A DNA stretch of 64,000 nt from assembly GCA_043228905.1 (NCBI GenBank), contig JBHGNT010000008.1, positions 9,362,001-9,426,000 on the forward strand. Direction: 5' to 3'. This DNA is from Azolla caroliniana. Lineage: Eukaryota > Plantae > Polypodiophyta. Each line of letters starts with the position of its first letter. The first letter of the stretch is position 1. The position numbers and the translations under genes are program-made. Under the pieces are notes generated by a model, which made no database searches, was not told where the DNA came from, and saw nothing but the letters and a program-made list of their open reading frames with translations. This document shows positions 26,481 to 40,588 of this stretch, one piece after another.

Positions 26481-27465
26481 CCCTAGAGTACCGCCATTGT
26501 TTGGTCTTGGATTTGAATAACTATTCTATCTATTGATTATCTTGTGTATTGTTCTATATAATCTTGTGTATTGTGGAATATTTTTGTGTATAGTTGTTGC
26601 CCATAGCCATCTTTAATACGTGTCTTTTTTTCGGGAAAATTAGGGTTTAAACCCCTCAAGCCAAATGGAAGGGGAAGGAGGGTGTTTAGAATTACCCCTC
26701 AATGATCATCAGAATAGGGATGATGCTATCAGGACACAAGCGATACGAAAGTATTGGGCAGAAAAAAAAGAAGAAAACATCGTCAATTGTTGAAGGATAC
26801 GAAAGCCACACTCACGAAAGGTAAAGATAGTATTGGTTGGGATATAGGTCTAAATATCACTGAGAATGGAAGTAATGAGACTACTATCATAGAGAGAAAG
26901 GTTGTAGACTATTTCAATGTTCAAACCAAGCACACCAGCAATGAAGACAAGAAGGTAGTCTTTTTATGGAATATTAAATGATCCATCGATAAAGGAGTTA
27001 GTTGATTGTGATGGCCTTAATGCAAACATAACATTTGTACTAGTAAATAATCTCCATAATAGTTTCATATCCATGAGCAGGTCAGAAGATGATATTGTCT
27101 TAAAAAGGTCTAGTCTAACAATGTTACTTAATAATGATGTTGACGATATTAACATCAATGTGCTATCTAAGGTAATTGGTGTTAGTAGAAAAAGTGTGTA
27201 CAATACATTGAACGAATAGTTTCCTCGGGTGAAGGAACTAGTCTACTAAAGCTAACAACAAGATGTAAGCCAATGACACCCATAACATTAGAAATCAAGG
27301 ATACAATCACAATATTTTGGACTAATGAGAGTAGGGTATCACCCAATACGAAGGATTTATGCAAGAAACGTGTTGGAAGGAGTCAATATGAGGAGCATCC
27401 CATTCATCTTCTTGATGTACCTCAGGTATTTACATTTATCTCCATATTTGTTTTGACTTTTGAAC

Positions 27466-27830
27466 TTAGCTAGTTAGCTTATTAGCTACCTCTGAATATG
27501 ACCATACCCGAATAGCTAATTACCTACCTCAGAATATGCCCATAGCTATCTAGCTACCAGTAATAGCTAATTAGCTACCAAAATAGCTAACTAGCTCCCT
27601 AAGTATATCGAACATAGCTATTTAGTCACCAGAATAACTAATTAGCTACCATTCATAGCTATTTAGCTACCACAATACCTAATTAGTTGCCTATAACAAT
27701 AGCTAACTAGCTACCAAAATTGGCTAAAGTATGGTAGTAGCTAATTAGCTACCACTTAGCTAATTAGCTACTGTACTAAACTATGGTAGTAGCTAATTAG
27801 CTACTACTTAGCCATAGAGCTAATCAGTAT
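27466..27830. repeat. TAGCTAATTAGCTA palindrome array inside the transposase intron
   Basis: Many perfect and degenerate copies, e.g. GTAGTAGCTAATTAGCTACTAC at about 27786-27807. Confidence 0.92.
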
Positions 27831-28971
27831 GTCCATTTTATTACGCAGGTCGATTTATTTATTAGGTTCAGGCGAATGCATCCAAATATCAAAGTTCAAC
27901 TATGAACATTCGAGTCTCTCAAGCCACACTTTGTGAGACGCTTGAAGGATCGATACACATGTTGTTGCATTTACCATCTACAAATGGGTTTTCTCAAGGA
28001 CTCTATTAATCTGCTACGTCACCATAGCGCCTCCCTAACAAATGCAGTTTGCACTTGTGTGTACCCAATTTGTCGATCGAGCCCGCATGAGCACTGTAAA
28101 TCATCTGAGCATGTTACCTCTTGCATGAGTTGTCTTTTAGATTCAGTATTGTCTCCGACAGAAACTGAGGCGATCTACCACAGTCATAAATGTGTCATGG
28201 GTTTATGTCAAGATTGTGGCCTTGGTAGATTTAGGTGGTGTCCAAATGAATTGAGTAGTGAAATACTAGTCTCTGTCAAGTTATTTGAGTCAGTTGACAC
28301 CAATTTCAAAGGAAAGGTGGTGTGTAAAAGAAAAGATCTAGTTAGGAAGTCGCTTAAACCAAGGGATTTGGCGTCTCTATTTGTAGTATCTCTAGGAAAG
28401 TTCATTAAACACAACTTCATTTATTCATGGCAAGCCCATCAATTTAAGACTTGCATATCGGATTTTCCAAATGATGTAGTAGTCTCAGTAGTAGATTTCA
28501 TAGAGAATTATACTTTCAAGCAGCAGAATGAAATTCAATCTATGCATTGGTGTTTAGTGCAAGTAACCATTTTTGTGCACATAACATATTTTCGAGTTTC
28601 AGGTGATGTTAAAAAAGTAATTTTTTATTTTATTTCTGATGATAAGAAGCATGACACCTTGTTCATCCAACATTGTTTTAACTTACATTGGCAACGGTTA
28701 TTAGCTAAACGTTTGGAGCTTACTCAACATTGGGTCTAGTTTGATGGAGCTGCGTCACAATTCAAGGGTAGATGTCCATTTTATTTTGTGGGGAGGTATC
28801 CTACTATAACAGGTCTGGAGATGAGATGGAATTTTTTGGGTCTGGCCATGGTAAAGGTGAACATGATGATGCAGGTGCTGTTATAAAGTGAGCACTTACC
28901 CATGAACAACTAAAGGCAGATGGTGTGCAGATGAATTGTGTAGCACATGTAGTTGAATTTTTAAGAGCTAG

Positions 28972-31900
28972 TGTCATGATATGGCAAGACTTGAACCCAT
29001 GACCTTAGGTTATATGGGTCGAGCTCTTGACCATTATATCATCTATTGTAATACGTAGGATATTATTTTCATTTACATTTTATTATAGGAAATTAATGTA
29101 TATTCCAGATTTCTCTGGAACATTCTAGAAGCTTTAGGAATACTCCTGAGAACACTATAAAAGAGGGCATTAGGCATTATGTTGAACCAAATTGGTTCAA
29201 CGCTAGACTTTAGCCTCATAGTCCTTTTGTACTTACTCTTCTTATAATATATAATTTGCTATCATCATCATCTCTCTCTCTCTCTCTCTCTCTCATCCTC
29301 GCTATCTCTCTCTCTCTCTCCTCTTCTCTCTTCCTCTCTCGGGAGTCTTACGCAGTCCCGTCCTCTTAGTTTTAATAGTACTTCCCTTCTCTAGTACTAA
29401 TTCTCTCTCTGTTTAGTACTATTCCTGACAGTTTGCACCAATTCGCCCTTCTGTCTCTCTCCCTTCATACTAATCTCTTATTTCTCTTTTCTTTTCATCC
29501 CATGGCCACAGTTTGCACTCAGGAATATCAATCTGTTTTCTCGGAGTTTCAATGCTTGAAAGAGAAGTTCCTTGCTTTGGAACAAGAAAATCAACGATTA
29601 CTGGGGGATCTTCAACAAATCTCCTTAGAAAAGCAGCAAACGCAACAACAACATGGGGAACTTGCATTACGCATGCAACAACTCGAAGCAATCATCGTAG
29701 CAATGCAACAACAAGGCCCTGAAACACAAGGGATTCATAAGGAACCCAAGATTGGCCTTCCCACGAAGTTCGATGGAACACGATCGCAGTTTAGAGGGTT
29801 CCTTAATCAGGTACAATTAGTTATTCAAATGCACCCTTCCCGATATCCTACCGATGCATCACGAGTGGGTTTAGTAGGGACGCTGTTAAGTGGCTCAGCG
29901 TTGGCATGGTTCGCTGCACTGTTGGAAAAGGAGTCTCCATTACTCAACAACTTTGAAGAGTTTATAGGTGAGTTTAAAGCATGCTTTGGGGATACTAACA
30001 ACATAAGGACCGCAATCAACAAAATCTGGCGATTACGCCAAGGAGACCGTCCAGCCTCCGCATACGCTGCAGATTTCCGCCTACTCGCCGCTGACATCCC
30101 TTGGGATGATCAAGCGTTGATGGAGCAATTTCGTTATGGTTTACGCAATGATGTCAAGGATTTACTCTTGACTTTCCCTGAAGAGCCAAAGTCCTTAACA
30201 GAAGCAATCAGTCGCGCGGTGAGATGTGATAACCGCCTCTTTGAGCGACGTTCGGAACGACAGCTACAGATGCCGAGGGCAAGATCAGAGCCCACCTACG
30301 CCTCAATGGTAGCAAAACCTTTACCCAGGGAGTACTATAATGCGCCTCCAGTGAATACTCTGACTACGATGGAGATTGACACTACACGTCGTCGAGGACC
30401 ATTATCCAAAGAAGAAAAGCAGCAACGCCGAACAAATTGACTATGTCTCTACTGTGGTGGACCAGGACACATTGCAATAAATTGTCCCCATAGGCCAAGA
30501 AGACAGGTAAACCAAATAGTTGCTAGTTGTAATTGTACTAAACCCGAGCCTATTACAGTAGGGATATCGTACTAATAGCCTAGATCTAGCGAACAAATTT
30601 GAGGTCCTTAGTCAGTTAGAAGAAGAATTAAACGACTAAGTCCAACCAAAATAGGAGCCGTTTGGTTGGACAGCCCTAGATCTGTGTAGCCCATTAGTGG
30701 TTCCATTCCCTCTAAACAAGTTAGCAATGTGTTCGTAGCCCAAGTAACAGTTAGTACTAAAAGTACCCCTCCAGTACACGTCTTAGCACTTCTAGACTCC
30801 AGAGCTAATTCTTGCTTTATGGATAGGAATTTTGCCCAAGCTCATCAAATATCTCTTAGAAAACTCCCGTGTCCAGCCTCTGTAGTCGTCATTGATGGTC
30901 GTCCCATTGCTTTCGGAAATATCATAGAAGAGTCAGAACCCGTTAATATTGTCCTAGATAACTTAGCATGTGTAGCATCATTTAACATTATTAGTATCCC
31001 AGAACATCCCATCATTTTGGGATTACCATGGTTTGAGTTACATAACCCAGACATAGATTGGAGAACAAGAGAAATCCAGTGTTGACAAACCCGAGGATCT
31101 ACTCAGAAGATTGCCACAATTTCACTACATCAGTTGGGGGAAGAAGGACGCAAGGAAGAAATGTTTCTCTTCACAATATCACTAAAACCCTCCGACACCA
31201 TTAAAGAGGAGTCCACCGTTAAGCTTCCAAAGAAGTACCATCATTATGCCGATGTATTCGATAAAGTACGAGCCAATACGCTTCCTCACCATCGACCATA
31301 TGATTGCCCCATCGATTTACAATTGGGGAAAGAGTCACCATGGGGACCGATCTACAATTTGTCACCAACCAAGCTAGAAGTCCTTCGAGCCTATATAGAG
31401 GAGAATTTGGAGAATGGATTCATTCGACATTCAAAATCTCCAGCTGGCGCACCCATTTTCTTCGTCAAGAAAAAGGATGGCTCACTTCGTCTGGTGGTAG
31501 ATTACCGTGGCTTGAATAAAGTTACAATATGCAATAGGTATGCACTTCCCCTTATCTCAAGTCTTTTAGAACGGATCAATGGTGCCAGGTTCTTCACAAA
31601 GATCGACTTACGGGGGGGGGGGGGGGGGGCTATAACCTCGTACGGATCTGACCAGGAGATGAATGGAAAACTGTGTTCCGCACTAGATATGGGCACTTCG
31701 AGTATACAGTCATGCCGTTCGGCCTCACTAATATTTCATCAGAAGGCATCTTCATGGACCCAGCTAAGGTCAAGACGGTGGTAGAATGGCAGGCTCCGCG
31801 CTCGGTGCGGGATGTGCAATGCTTTTTAGGCTTTGCCAATTTTTACTGGAAGTTTATACAAGATTACTCAAAGCTCATTCTGCCTCTCACACAGCTTACC

Positions 31901-34468
31901 AGGAAGGGACAATTGTTCGTTTGTTCTGAAGAAGCAGATATGGCTTTCGAGAGTCTTAAAAAGGCATTTACATCGGCTCCAATTCTAGCTCATGTCGATC
32001 CGGAACAACCATTCATTATCGAAGCTAACACATCGGATTTCACATTGGGGAGCATTCTGTCACAACGGGGTCATGATGAGAAGCTACATCCTCTGGCTTT
32101 TCACTCACGCAAGTTTGACGCCGCCGAAATCAATTACGAAATTCATGATAAGGAGCTATTGGCAATAGTGGACTCGTTTATGCAATGGAGGCATTTTTTA
32201 GAGGGATCCTCTCATCAAGTCACCGTATTCAGTGACCATAAAAACCTTGCCTACTTTTAGGATGCTCGTGTGTTAAATCGACGTCAAGCTCGGTGGGCCC
32301 ACTTCCTCACGCGTTTCGACTTCAAAATTACATATCGTCCGGGGAAGCACCAAGGGAAGGCAGATGCATTATCACGGCGTTCGTATCTAACTCCACGTCC
32401 CGGCGAGCCGGCTTTCGATAACCAAAAGCAAGTAATCTTGGGACCGGGCACGACTGCAACCAACACAGGTTTATGGCATGCCCATGGATTCCCACATTAT
32501 CAATATCATACGTGCGGACCTAAAGATAGATGCTTTCGCCCAAGCTATACTAGCACAAATTGATCCCTCTCGAGCATCGTGTTCATAGTCACAACCACCA
32601 GGTACGGACTATCAGCAATTCAAATACCATGATGGATTACTCTTCTTTAAAGAACTTTTGTATGTTCCTAATGGTTCTTGCCACCTTCGAGTAGTACAAA
32701 ACTGTCATGACACATATAGCTGGGAATTTTGGTAGTACTAAAACATTAGATTTAGTACAACGATCATTCTGGTGGCCCCGTATGCAATAATTTGTCGAAG
32801 ATTTTGTTCGGACTTGTGATACATGCTGCAGAGCGAAAATGGCAAGGCATCATCCATATGGTTTATTAGAACCATTACCAATTCCAAGCAAGTCGTGGCA
32901 ATCCATTGCTCTCGACTTCATCACAGATCTACCAGTCTCTAAGGGGTTCAATGCGATTCTAACAGTGGTAGATCGATATACGAAGATGGCTCATTTCTTG
33001 CCATGTACTAAGGAAATCTCTAGTGAAGACACCGCCAAAATCGTCATGCGTGAAGTATGTCGGCATCATGGACTTCCCGATAGTATCGTCAGCGATCGTG
33101 GACCCCAGTTCGTGTCAATATTCTGGAAGCACCTTTTTAAAATGCTCAAGGTCACTTGTAACCTCTCCTCCGGCTACCACCCACAAACCGACGGCCAAGC
33201 CGAACGAACAAATCAAACGCTGGAGCAGTATCTGCGGTGCTTTCTCAGCTATCATCAGGATAACTGGGTAGATATTCTCCACTTCGCCGAATTTTCCTAT
33301 AATAACTCTATCCATGCATCGACTAAAGTTACGCCATTTTATGCTTATACGGGATGTCACCCTCGGTGGAGTGTATTTGAAACCCCAGAGGTGTCCACAA
33401 ATCCTTGTGCGGAGGATTGTTTGGAGCAGTTACGCAAGATACAAGCAGATTTATCTACTCATCTCCAGCTAGCTCAACAAACACACAAGGTCTACGCGGA
33501 TCGTCATCGACTTCCATCTAGTTTTAACATTGGAGATCGGGTGTGGCTACTACGACGACACATCAAGACTACTCGCCCATGTGAGAAGTTGGATTATCGG
33601 CGATTAGGTCCTTTCCGTATTATCGGAAAGATTAATGATGTCGCTTTTCGTCTCGATCTACCTCCTCAACTTCGGATACATCCGGTTCATAGTTCTCTCC
33701 TCCAACCCTATCACTAGAGCACCATCCCAGGACGTATTATACAACCTCCACCCCCGATCGAGCTTGAAGATGGACCAGAGTATGAGGTTGCCGCCATCCT
33801 TGATTCCAAGATTGTTCGCAACAAGCTCTACTATCTAGTCGATTGGCTAGGCTATAGTCCCAGCGAACGTTCTTGGGAACCAATCAAGAATGTGACCAAT
33901 GTTCGTGTGCTTCTTGAAGACTTCCATCGACAATATCCACACAAACCGGGTCCTCCATCCAAAACAACTCGTGACACTCGTCGTTTTAAAGGGGGGATAG
34001 TGTCATGATATGGCAAGACTCGAACCCATGACCTTAGGTTATATGGGTCGAACTCTTGACCATTATATCATCTATTGTAATACGTAGGATATTATTTTCA
34101 TTTACATTTTATTATAGGAAATTAATGTATATTCCAGATTTCTCTGGAACATTCTAGAAGCTTCAGGATTACTCCTGAGAACACTATAAAAGAGGGCACT
34201 AGGCATTATGTTGAACCAAATTGGTTCCACGCTAGTCTTTAGCCTCATAGCCCTTTTGTACTTACTCTTCTTATAATATATAATCTGTTATCATCATCTC
34301 TCTCTCTCTCTCATCCTCGCTATCTCTCTCTCTCTCCTCTTCTCTCTTCCTCACTCGGGAGTCTTACGTAGTCCCGTCCTCTTAGTTCTAATAGCACTTC
34401 CCTTCTCTAGTACTAATTCTCTCTCTGTTTAGTACTAATCCTCTCTCTGTTTAGTACTATTCCTGACA
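28972..34468 (+). mobile_element. Chromovirus (Tcn1/sushi-like Ty3/gypsy) element F inserted in the transposase
   Basis: LTRs 28972-29430 and 34001-34468 (TGTCA...TGACA), PPT AAAGGGGGGATAG. Protease LLDS.ANSCF, RT with the YLDD region deleted near 31732, RNase H, integrase 32839-33717, chromodomain EYEVAAILD...YLVDWLGY...SWEP at about 33775-33945. Degenerate TSD GCTAG/GATAA. Confidence 0.93.
29502..30440 (+). CDS. Gypsy F gag (coiled coil plus retrotransposon gag domain), premature stop before the CCHC knuckle
   Basis: EPKIGLPTKFDG...FRGFLNQ...LSGSALAWF...LRQG...YAADF. LCLYCGGPGHIAINC follows the stop. Confidence 0.85.
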   Translation: MATVCTQEYQSVFSEFQCLKEKFLALEQENQRLLGDLQQISLEKQQTQQQHGELALRMQQLEAIIVAMQQQGPETQGIHKEPKIGLPTKFDGTRSQFRGFLNQVQLVIQMHPSRYPTDASRVGLVGTLLSGSALAWFAALLEKESPLLNNFEEFIGEFKACFGDTNNIRTAINKIWRLRQGDRPASAYAADFRLLAADIPWDDQALMEQFRYGLRNDVKDLLLTFPEEPKSLTEAISRAVRCDNRLFERRSERQLQMPRARSEPTYASMVAKPLPREYYNAPPVNTLTTMEIDTTRRRGPLSKEEKQQRRTN

Positions 34469-35767
34469 GATAATATGTCAACGAGTGCAATTGGTGTTTA
34501 TTCCTCACAGGTTCGAGATATCAAACGTGAATTTTGGGAAGTGAAGATAGATGAAGTAAATAGGGAGAAGACCTGGGAGTGCCAAGGAATTCCCGAATTC
34601 CGATCTCTCCATGTTGTTCGCGGTTATTCTAGGTTGGATGGTCATTGTATTGCAGTTAGAGAATTAACTTGTTTTTACTTCCATTGTGTGTAGGGAAATT
34701 GGAGGTATTGTTTAAACAAAGCATATATTCAGAATTGGGTGTATCATACATTGAACTATAAGGAAGCAGTTGATGGGGGAAACAGAAAAGAATTCTGACT
34801 TCACATATAAAGGACGTGGAGATACTATGAGTGATGTCTTAAATGTTGGGGATAAATTTGCTTTAAAGGTAAAAGAAGGCAATTCAGAGGGTGTTGATTT
34901 CTATATATTGAAGTGCACGGTTAGTAAATAGTGTGCAACGCAGAATATATTAGATGCTTGGCGAAATGTTGTATCTACGGGGACATTCTGCATCGAAGGT
35001 ATTTTTTATGCAAGACTAGATGATTACGATTATGTGTATAGGCTATTACAAGACAAACCAGTGGCGTACATGTACTCTCATTTGGTCAGGTGCATCAATG
35101 TCCCAATGTCGCAATACAATAGTTGCTCAGGTTTATACACAGTTAGTGCTAATGTGTATGAAAGTATTTACAACAGTATGCCATGGAATTTGTAGCTACA
35201 AGTAGCAATTAATAGTTTTCTTGTAAAACAAACAAAACACATGTATTGCAAATAAACAGTTTAATGGACCTGTTTGGGCGTTTTTTTATTCATATACAAT
35301 CTACTTTTTGTGTTTCTTTCTCAACAAAATCGTGTGTCATTTTTATATACAGTCTTCTTTCTGATATACAGTTTAATAATATCGTTTAGGTTTCTTCTTT
35401 TTGAGATACATATTTACTCAAGTGAACCATGTACAAGTTAAAATAGTTTGCATAATTTTAAGAAAAAGCACTATCATGAAATCAACAATCAGCAATAGTT
35501 ACTCAAAACAAGCAATTTAATTCTTCATTGATTAAGTGGTAGCAAATTTCAGATTTATAACATCCCATTGCCAATGTCTTGAAATTGTCTATAAACAGTT
35601 GAGCTCTTGTTGGTCAGTGGAACTTCTCTACATATATGATCTGCATACCGAGCACGGTATGGAGTCCACAACCATGTAGCTAGTTAGTAGCTCAATGTTT
35701 TCACCAAATAGTGTTAAGGGATTTCATCGAGTAGAATGAGACAACATATGCGAATGTTGAAGTAATG

Positions 35768-36530
35768 TCAGAAATGTTTTGTATCTAGAATCAACGTATT
35801 GTCGGCATTATAATCTGGCCAAGTGTCCCAAAAATCAGAAAGTCTTTTGAATCTTGCAACATCATTCAGCTCACAATTCTCTCGTGTCCACTGACCCTTG
35901 AAATGTTGTCGCGACTTCGGGAAGAATCTTTCTACACACTTCCACACATCTGTACGTGTTTTTTCGCTCCAAATAAACAAATCAAAATATTGCACAACCC
36001 ACTCCAGAAATTGATTTGCGTCCCTCCTTGGTGTCATATATCGCACACTCATTAGGACTTTATCAAGCTCCAAGATCAAGGCTCTTCTTTCAACTTCTAA
36101 TGGTTTAGGTTTCCATTCCTGTAACTGAGCCTCTATTACACCAATTATTGGTAGCACACGATCAAGGTCAATCAACTCAGGTTTTGTCGACACAATTGGT
36201 GTCCTTTTCCTCTTCAAACCCCTGGTCGATTGTGTTCGGCTTGGCTTCACATTCTAGTGCTCTTGTGTTGTCGACTTAGTCATTGGCTTAGTGCATGTAG
36301 ATACTGATCTGGCCGATATTAACCCACTGGTCTCACATGCTGCATCTACCTGCAAAATCAGATCAACTATGCAACATGCTTGATCTACTTGCGTGACCGA
36401 ATCATTTGTGTCAGTTGCTACATCTACTTTCAAGATGTGGCCCTCTAAACACGCAACAACATGAACAGTTTCCACACTGCCATCAGCCTTAGGAGCAATA
36501 GATTCAAACCCTTTAGACTCTGCAACATCA
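35768..36530 (-). pseudogene. FCP1/NIF-like (HAD superfamily) phosphatase-domain cargo gene with basic NLS-like segment
   Basis: ALILELDKVL (DxDxT/V position), PRRDANQFLEW...FDLFIWS, WTRENC, KRLSDFW...YNADNTLILD follow the NIF motif order. The upstream ORF 36254-36595 is in frame across one stop. Contains GLKRKR. Confidence 0.72.
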
Positions 36531-37315
36531 GAAAACACCAACATATTCACACTCACAAAGTAGCTAACAGTCTCACAAAACAACATAATGAACATGAAAT
36601 AATTTCCATCATAAAAACATGAACATAATTATCTTGGAGAAACATCATAGAGTTCCATTACATAATGTGTATCAAGCAACAACCAATCTGAGGTTTTACT
36701 TGTCCAAATAGATCATAGTAAAACTTCATAAAACCCTAGGAAAATCGCTAACAATCATATCCCACTAATAAGTATTTCGCTCCAATTCAAGAGCCCCTTG
36801 ACCGAGTAACTGGTCTTGGCCCCGATCGTGGCCCCTTCTTCAACCTTTTTCTAGCCGGTTGCCCATTTAGCCTTGCTTCTTTGACCCATTGCGCAAGTGT
36901 GTCCTCCTCCGACAACCTTTTCATCAACTCAGCAACGGCTTGTAGGTCAGCCGCGTCTTGCACTAGCTCTTCCAGTACAGTGGGATCTGTTTGGACATGA
37001 TCAGTAGTTGGGCTCAGTAGGGTGGAATCCAGGTTTTGGGATTCAAAGAAATTTTGCATCAAGTGTTCAAAAACACTATTGTTGTGAACCTCAGATTTAC
37101 ATGTTGTTTCCAATATTTCATGGGTTTTTCACATCGTTACCTAATTCATTACCATCCTCCAAAAGAATAGGGTGGAGCTGATCTGAAGGAGATGTGATAG
37201 CAGGAATCTTACTTTCAGCCACGCTGGCAGCTATCTCCTCATCGGTTGCAATGTCATCAACACCAAACAGGTCATGTGCCCTACTTAATCCACAAGATTC
37301 TACAATAACATGGTC

Positions 37316-37741
37316 ACTAATTAGCTACATCTTAGCTAACTAGCTATTCTTCAAGACTATGAAAGTAGCTCATTAGCTACCGTTGAGCTAATTAGCTACT
37401 TCGCTTAGGTATGTTACTAGCTAATTAGCTACTCAACTAAAGTATGGTACTAGCTACTTAGCCACTATAACTAAAGCAGGGTAGTAGCTAATTAGCTACC
37501 ACTTTGCTAATTAGCTACTTAGCTAAAGTATGGTAGTCGCTAATTAGCTACCACTTAGCTAATTAACTACTGTACTAAACTATGGTAGTAGCTAATTAGC
37601 TACCACTTAGCTAATTAGCTACTGTACTAAACTATGGTAGTAGGTAATTAGCTACCACTTTGCCAATTAGCTACTCACTAAAGTATGGTAGTCGCTAATT
37701 AGCTACCACTTAGCTAATTAGCTATTGTACTAAACTATGGT
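37316..37741. repeat. TAGCTAATTAGCTA palindrome array (left part of the RING-gene intron)
   Basis: About 52-bp higher-order unit TAGCTAATTAGCTAC-TGTACTAAACTATGGTAG-TAGCTAATTAGCTAC-CACT. Confidence 0.95.
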
Positions 37742-40588
37742 AATCCACGCGTTCTTGCGTAATGTCTTTCGTACTCCCCCTCAAGCTTGGCAGGTCAGGG
37801 GTCGTCAATCCGAGATCGGTCATGAATTGCCATAGCTTGTCGGCTCCTAAGGCTTCAGTGAAGATGTCGGCTATTTGAAGATTTGTGCTAATGTGTTGTA
37901 GGTCGACATCGCCAGCTAGAACACGCTCTTGAATTAAATGATAGTGCACTTCGATGTGCTTTGTCCGCGCGTGGAACACCGGGTTCCGAGCCAGATAAAT
38001 ACTGCTCATGTTGTTGCAGTAAAGGGAAGGTGGATCCTTGATGGGTACACCCGGAGCCTTCAAAATCCTATTGAGCCATATGGCTTCACACGCAGCAACG
38101 GCTGCGCCCCTGTATTCCGCCTCCATACTCGAAAGAGCGACGGTAGGCTGCTTCTTCCTACTCCAGGATATTGCTCCACTGCCGAGGGAGAAATCAAATC
38201 CGGAGGTTGATCTTCCATCGACTTTGTAGCCAGCCCAATCAGTGTCTGTGTACCCCTCGAGGAGTATTGGCATCGTCGTCTTGTAGAGGATGCTGCAATC
38301 CATTGTGCCGCTCACGAACCGTAGAACTCGCTTAGTGCAATCCAAGTGAGTATCACGCGGTGTTTGCATGAATTGACTAAGGAGACTGACCAGATAGCTG
38401 AGATCGGGTCGAGTGATCGTGAGGTAGATGAGTCTCCCGATGAGTCGCCGATATTGAGTCGGCTCACACGCTTTGGTGCCGGAGTTCGCATCTAGTTTGA
38501 GATTACGATCGAGCAGGGTTGCCACGGATTTGCACTTAGCCATACCGAACTTGTATAACAAGTTGAAGATGTAGTGCCGTTGAGAAATCATGATTCCGGT
38601 CGGAGTCCAAATTACCTCGATGCCGAGGAATTAGTGGAGTTCCTTCATGTCCATCATCTCGAACTTGTTGGAAAGGAGGGATTTGACCTTATTTATTTCG
38701 ATGAGATGCTCACCTCCAATGACTAGGTCATCAACATATAAGATGATGATGATCAAACTTGCGGAATCGCTTCGTATGTAGAGGGAGTTGTCCGATTTTG
38801 ACATACAGAAGCCGAGTTAATGAAGATATTGCGTTATCTTCGAATGCCAAGCATGCGGTGCTTGCTTGAGGCCATAGAATGGCTTCTTGAGCTGGCAGAT
38901 AGCTTTTGGATGGGTACTCGAGTTGAAGCCGGGTGGTTGGAGCATGTACACCTCATCTTCTACTTCGCCTTGTAGAAAGGCGTTCTTGACATCCATTTGA
39001 TGGAGGTGCCACCCTTTTGCTGCGGCAAGCACAATTACAGTTCGTACCGTCGTCATCTTTGCCACTGGGGCAAAGGTCTCTTCGTAGTCATCTCCGTGCG
39101 TTCGTGCGTAGCCTTTTGCTAGGAGTCACGCTTTGTAGTGGTTGACGGAACCGTCGGCGTTGTACTTCACTTTGTAGATCCATCTGCATTCGATCGCCTT
39201 TCTGTGCGGTGAGGTGGAAACGAGATCCCACGTCTCGTTCTTCCGTAGTGCCTGCACCTCCTCGTTCATTGCTTCGATCTATCGCGGGTCCTTCGCAGCT
39301 TCAGAAAAGGTTTCTGGCTCCCATATTGTTGCTACCTTCATCATAAAGGCGTAATGGTACGCCAGATAATCGTTGTATCCGAATTGGCTTACGGGGTTCT
39401 TTTCACGGGTGGATCGGCGAAGCTTTTCATTTGCAGAGATGAGGGCTTTCTTAGCTCCGATTGGTACTTCGAAACCGCCGAACTCACTGTCGAGTGAGTG
39501 AGTCGACTCATCGTCGTCGACGCGATCGTCGGCGTATTCCGCCATTTTCGTCTTGCCTTTGTCCATCATCGGGCTAGGCCATGATGTGCTTTGATCGCTC
39601 AAAGGCTCTTGTGGTTCGCTTAGTCGGGTCGTGATCGGACTTTCTTTGAACATGCGCGTAAGGCTATCTTCATCCTCTTTCTCTTGTTCGATGGATTCCG
39701 GGTCGAGCGGAGTTGGAGTCAGAGTTGTCTCTGGTGCGTACCAGGATGCGGACTCGTCGAAAACGATGTCTCTACTTACACGAGATTTTTGAGTTGAGGG
39801 GTTGTAGCACTTGTACCCCTTTTGCTCCAATGAGTATCCCACGAGGATACATTTCTCGGACTTCGAATCAAGCTTTTGACGCTTCTCGTCGGGGATGTGC
39901 ACGTACCATATCGCACCGAATATGTGAATGTGTGATAAGTCCGGCTTCTTTCCGAAGTTTTTTTCATGCGGAGTGACCTCGTGCACGCCGGATGTTGTTC
40001 ACCGGTTCATTAGGTAGACGGCCGTATTGGCAGCTTCGGCGCAATAAGACTTGGGCATATGCTTCTCATTCATCATGGCCCGCGCTACTTCGAGGATGTG
40101 CCGATTTTTGCGCTCGGCTACTCTGTTTTGTTGCAGAGTGTGTCGGCAAGTGAATTCTCGCCGAATTCCTTCCTTTTGGAGATATGCCATGATATCGTCC
40201 GAGATGTACTCCTTGCCACTATCCGATCGAAGACAAGGTAGATGTCGGCTCGTGGCTTTTTTAACTTCATTCTTGAATGTTTGGAAGTGTCTGAACACTT
40301 CGCTCTTTTGCCACATCGGGTAGATCCAAGTGTGCCTTGAGAAGTCGTCGATGAAGAGCACGTAATATCGGCATCCTCCGAATGTACCCGTCTGCGCCGG
40401 TTCCCATACGTCGGAATGGACTACGTCGAGTAGACCTTTGCTCACGTTCCGCTCTTTCAGGAATGGGTGTCGGTGTTGCTTGCCGAATTGGCACGCTTCG
40501 CATACACCTTCAATCTGTTGGGATTTCGGTCCCTCCGGATGGGATGTCCCCGGAGATAAATGACGGCAAGCCCGGTTGCGGTTACGGA

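Larger units (their letters stand above)
26665..35195 (+). pseudogene. Sola2-like DDD transposase (exon 1 26665-27425; exon 2 27849-28971 plus 34474-35195, interrupted by gypsy F)
   Basis: Motifs SRVSPN.KD, FESLKP.FV, TCCCIYH, DFIENY, EIQSMHW, ISDDKKHD, DGAASQFK, SGHGKGEHD.AGAVIK. A phase-0 GT-AG intron at 27426-27848 joins HLLDVPQ|VDLFIRF. Several stops. Family recognised from remembered motifs. Confidence 0.78.

Noticed and set aside
31612-31629. G18 run as a programmed frameshift or regulatory G-quadruplex
   Set aside because: It lies in a dead RT that also lacks its catalytic core. Homopolymer slippage or sequencing error is sufficient.
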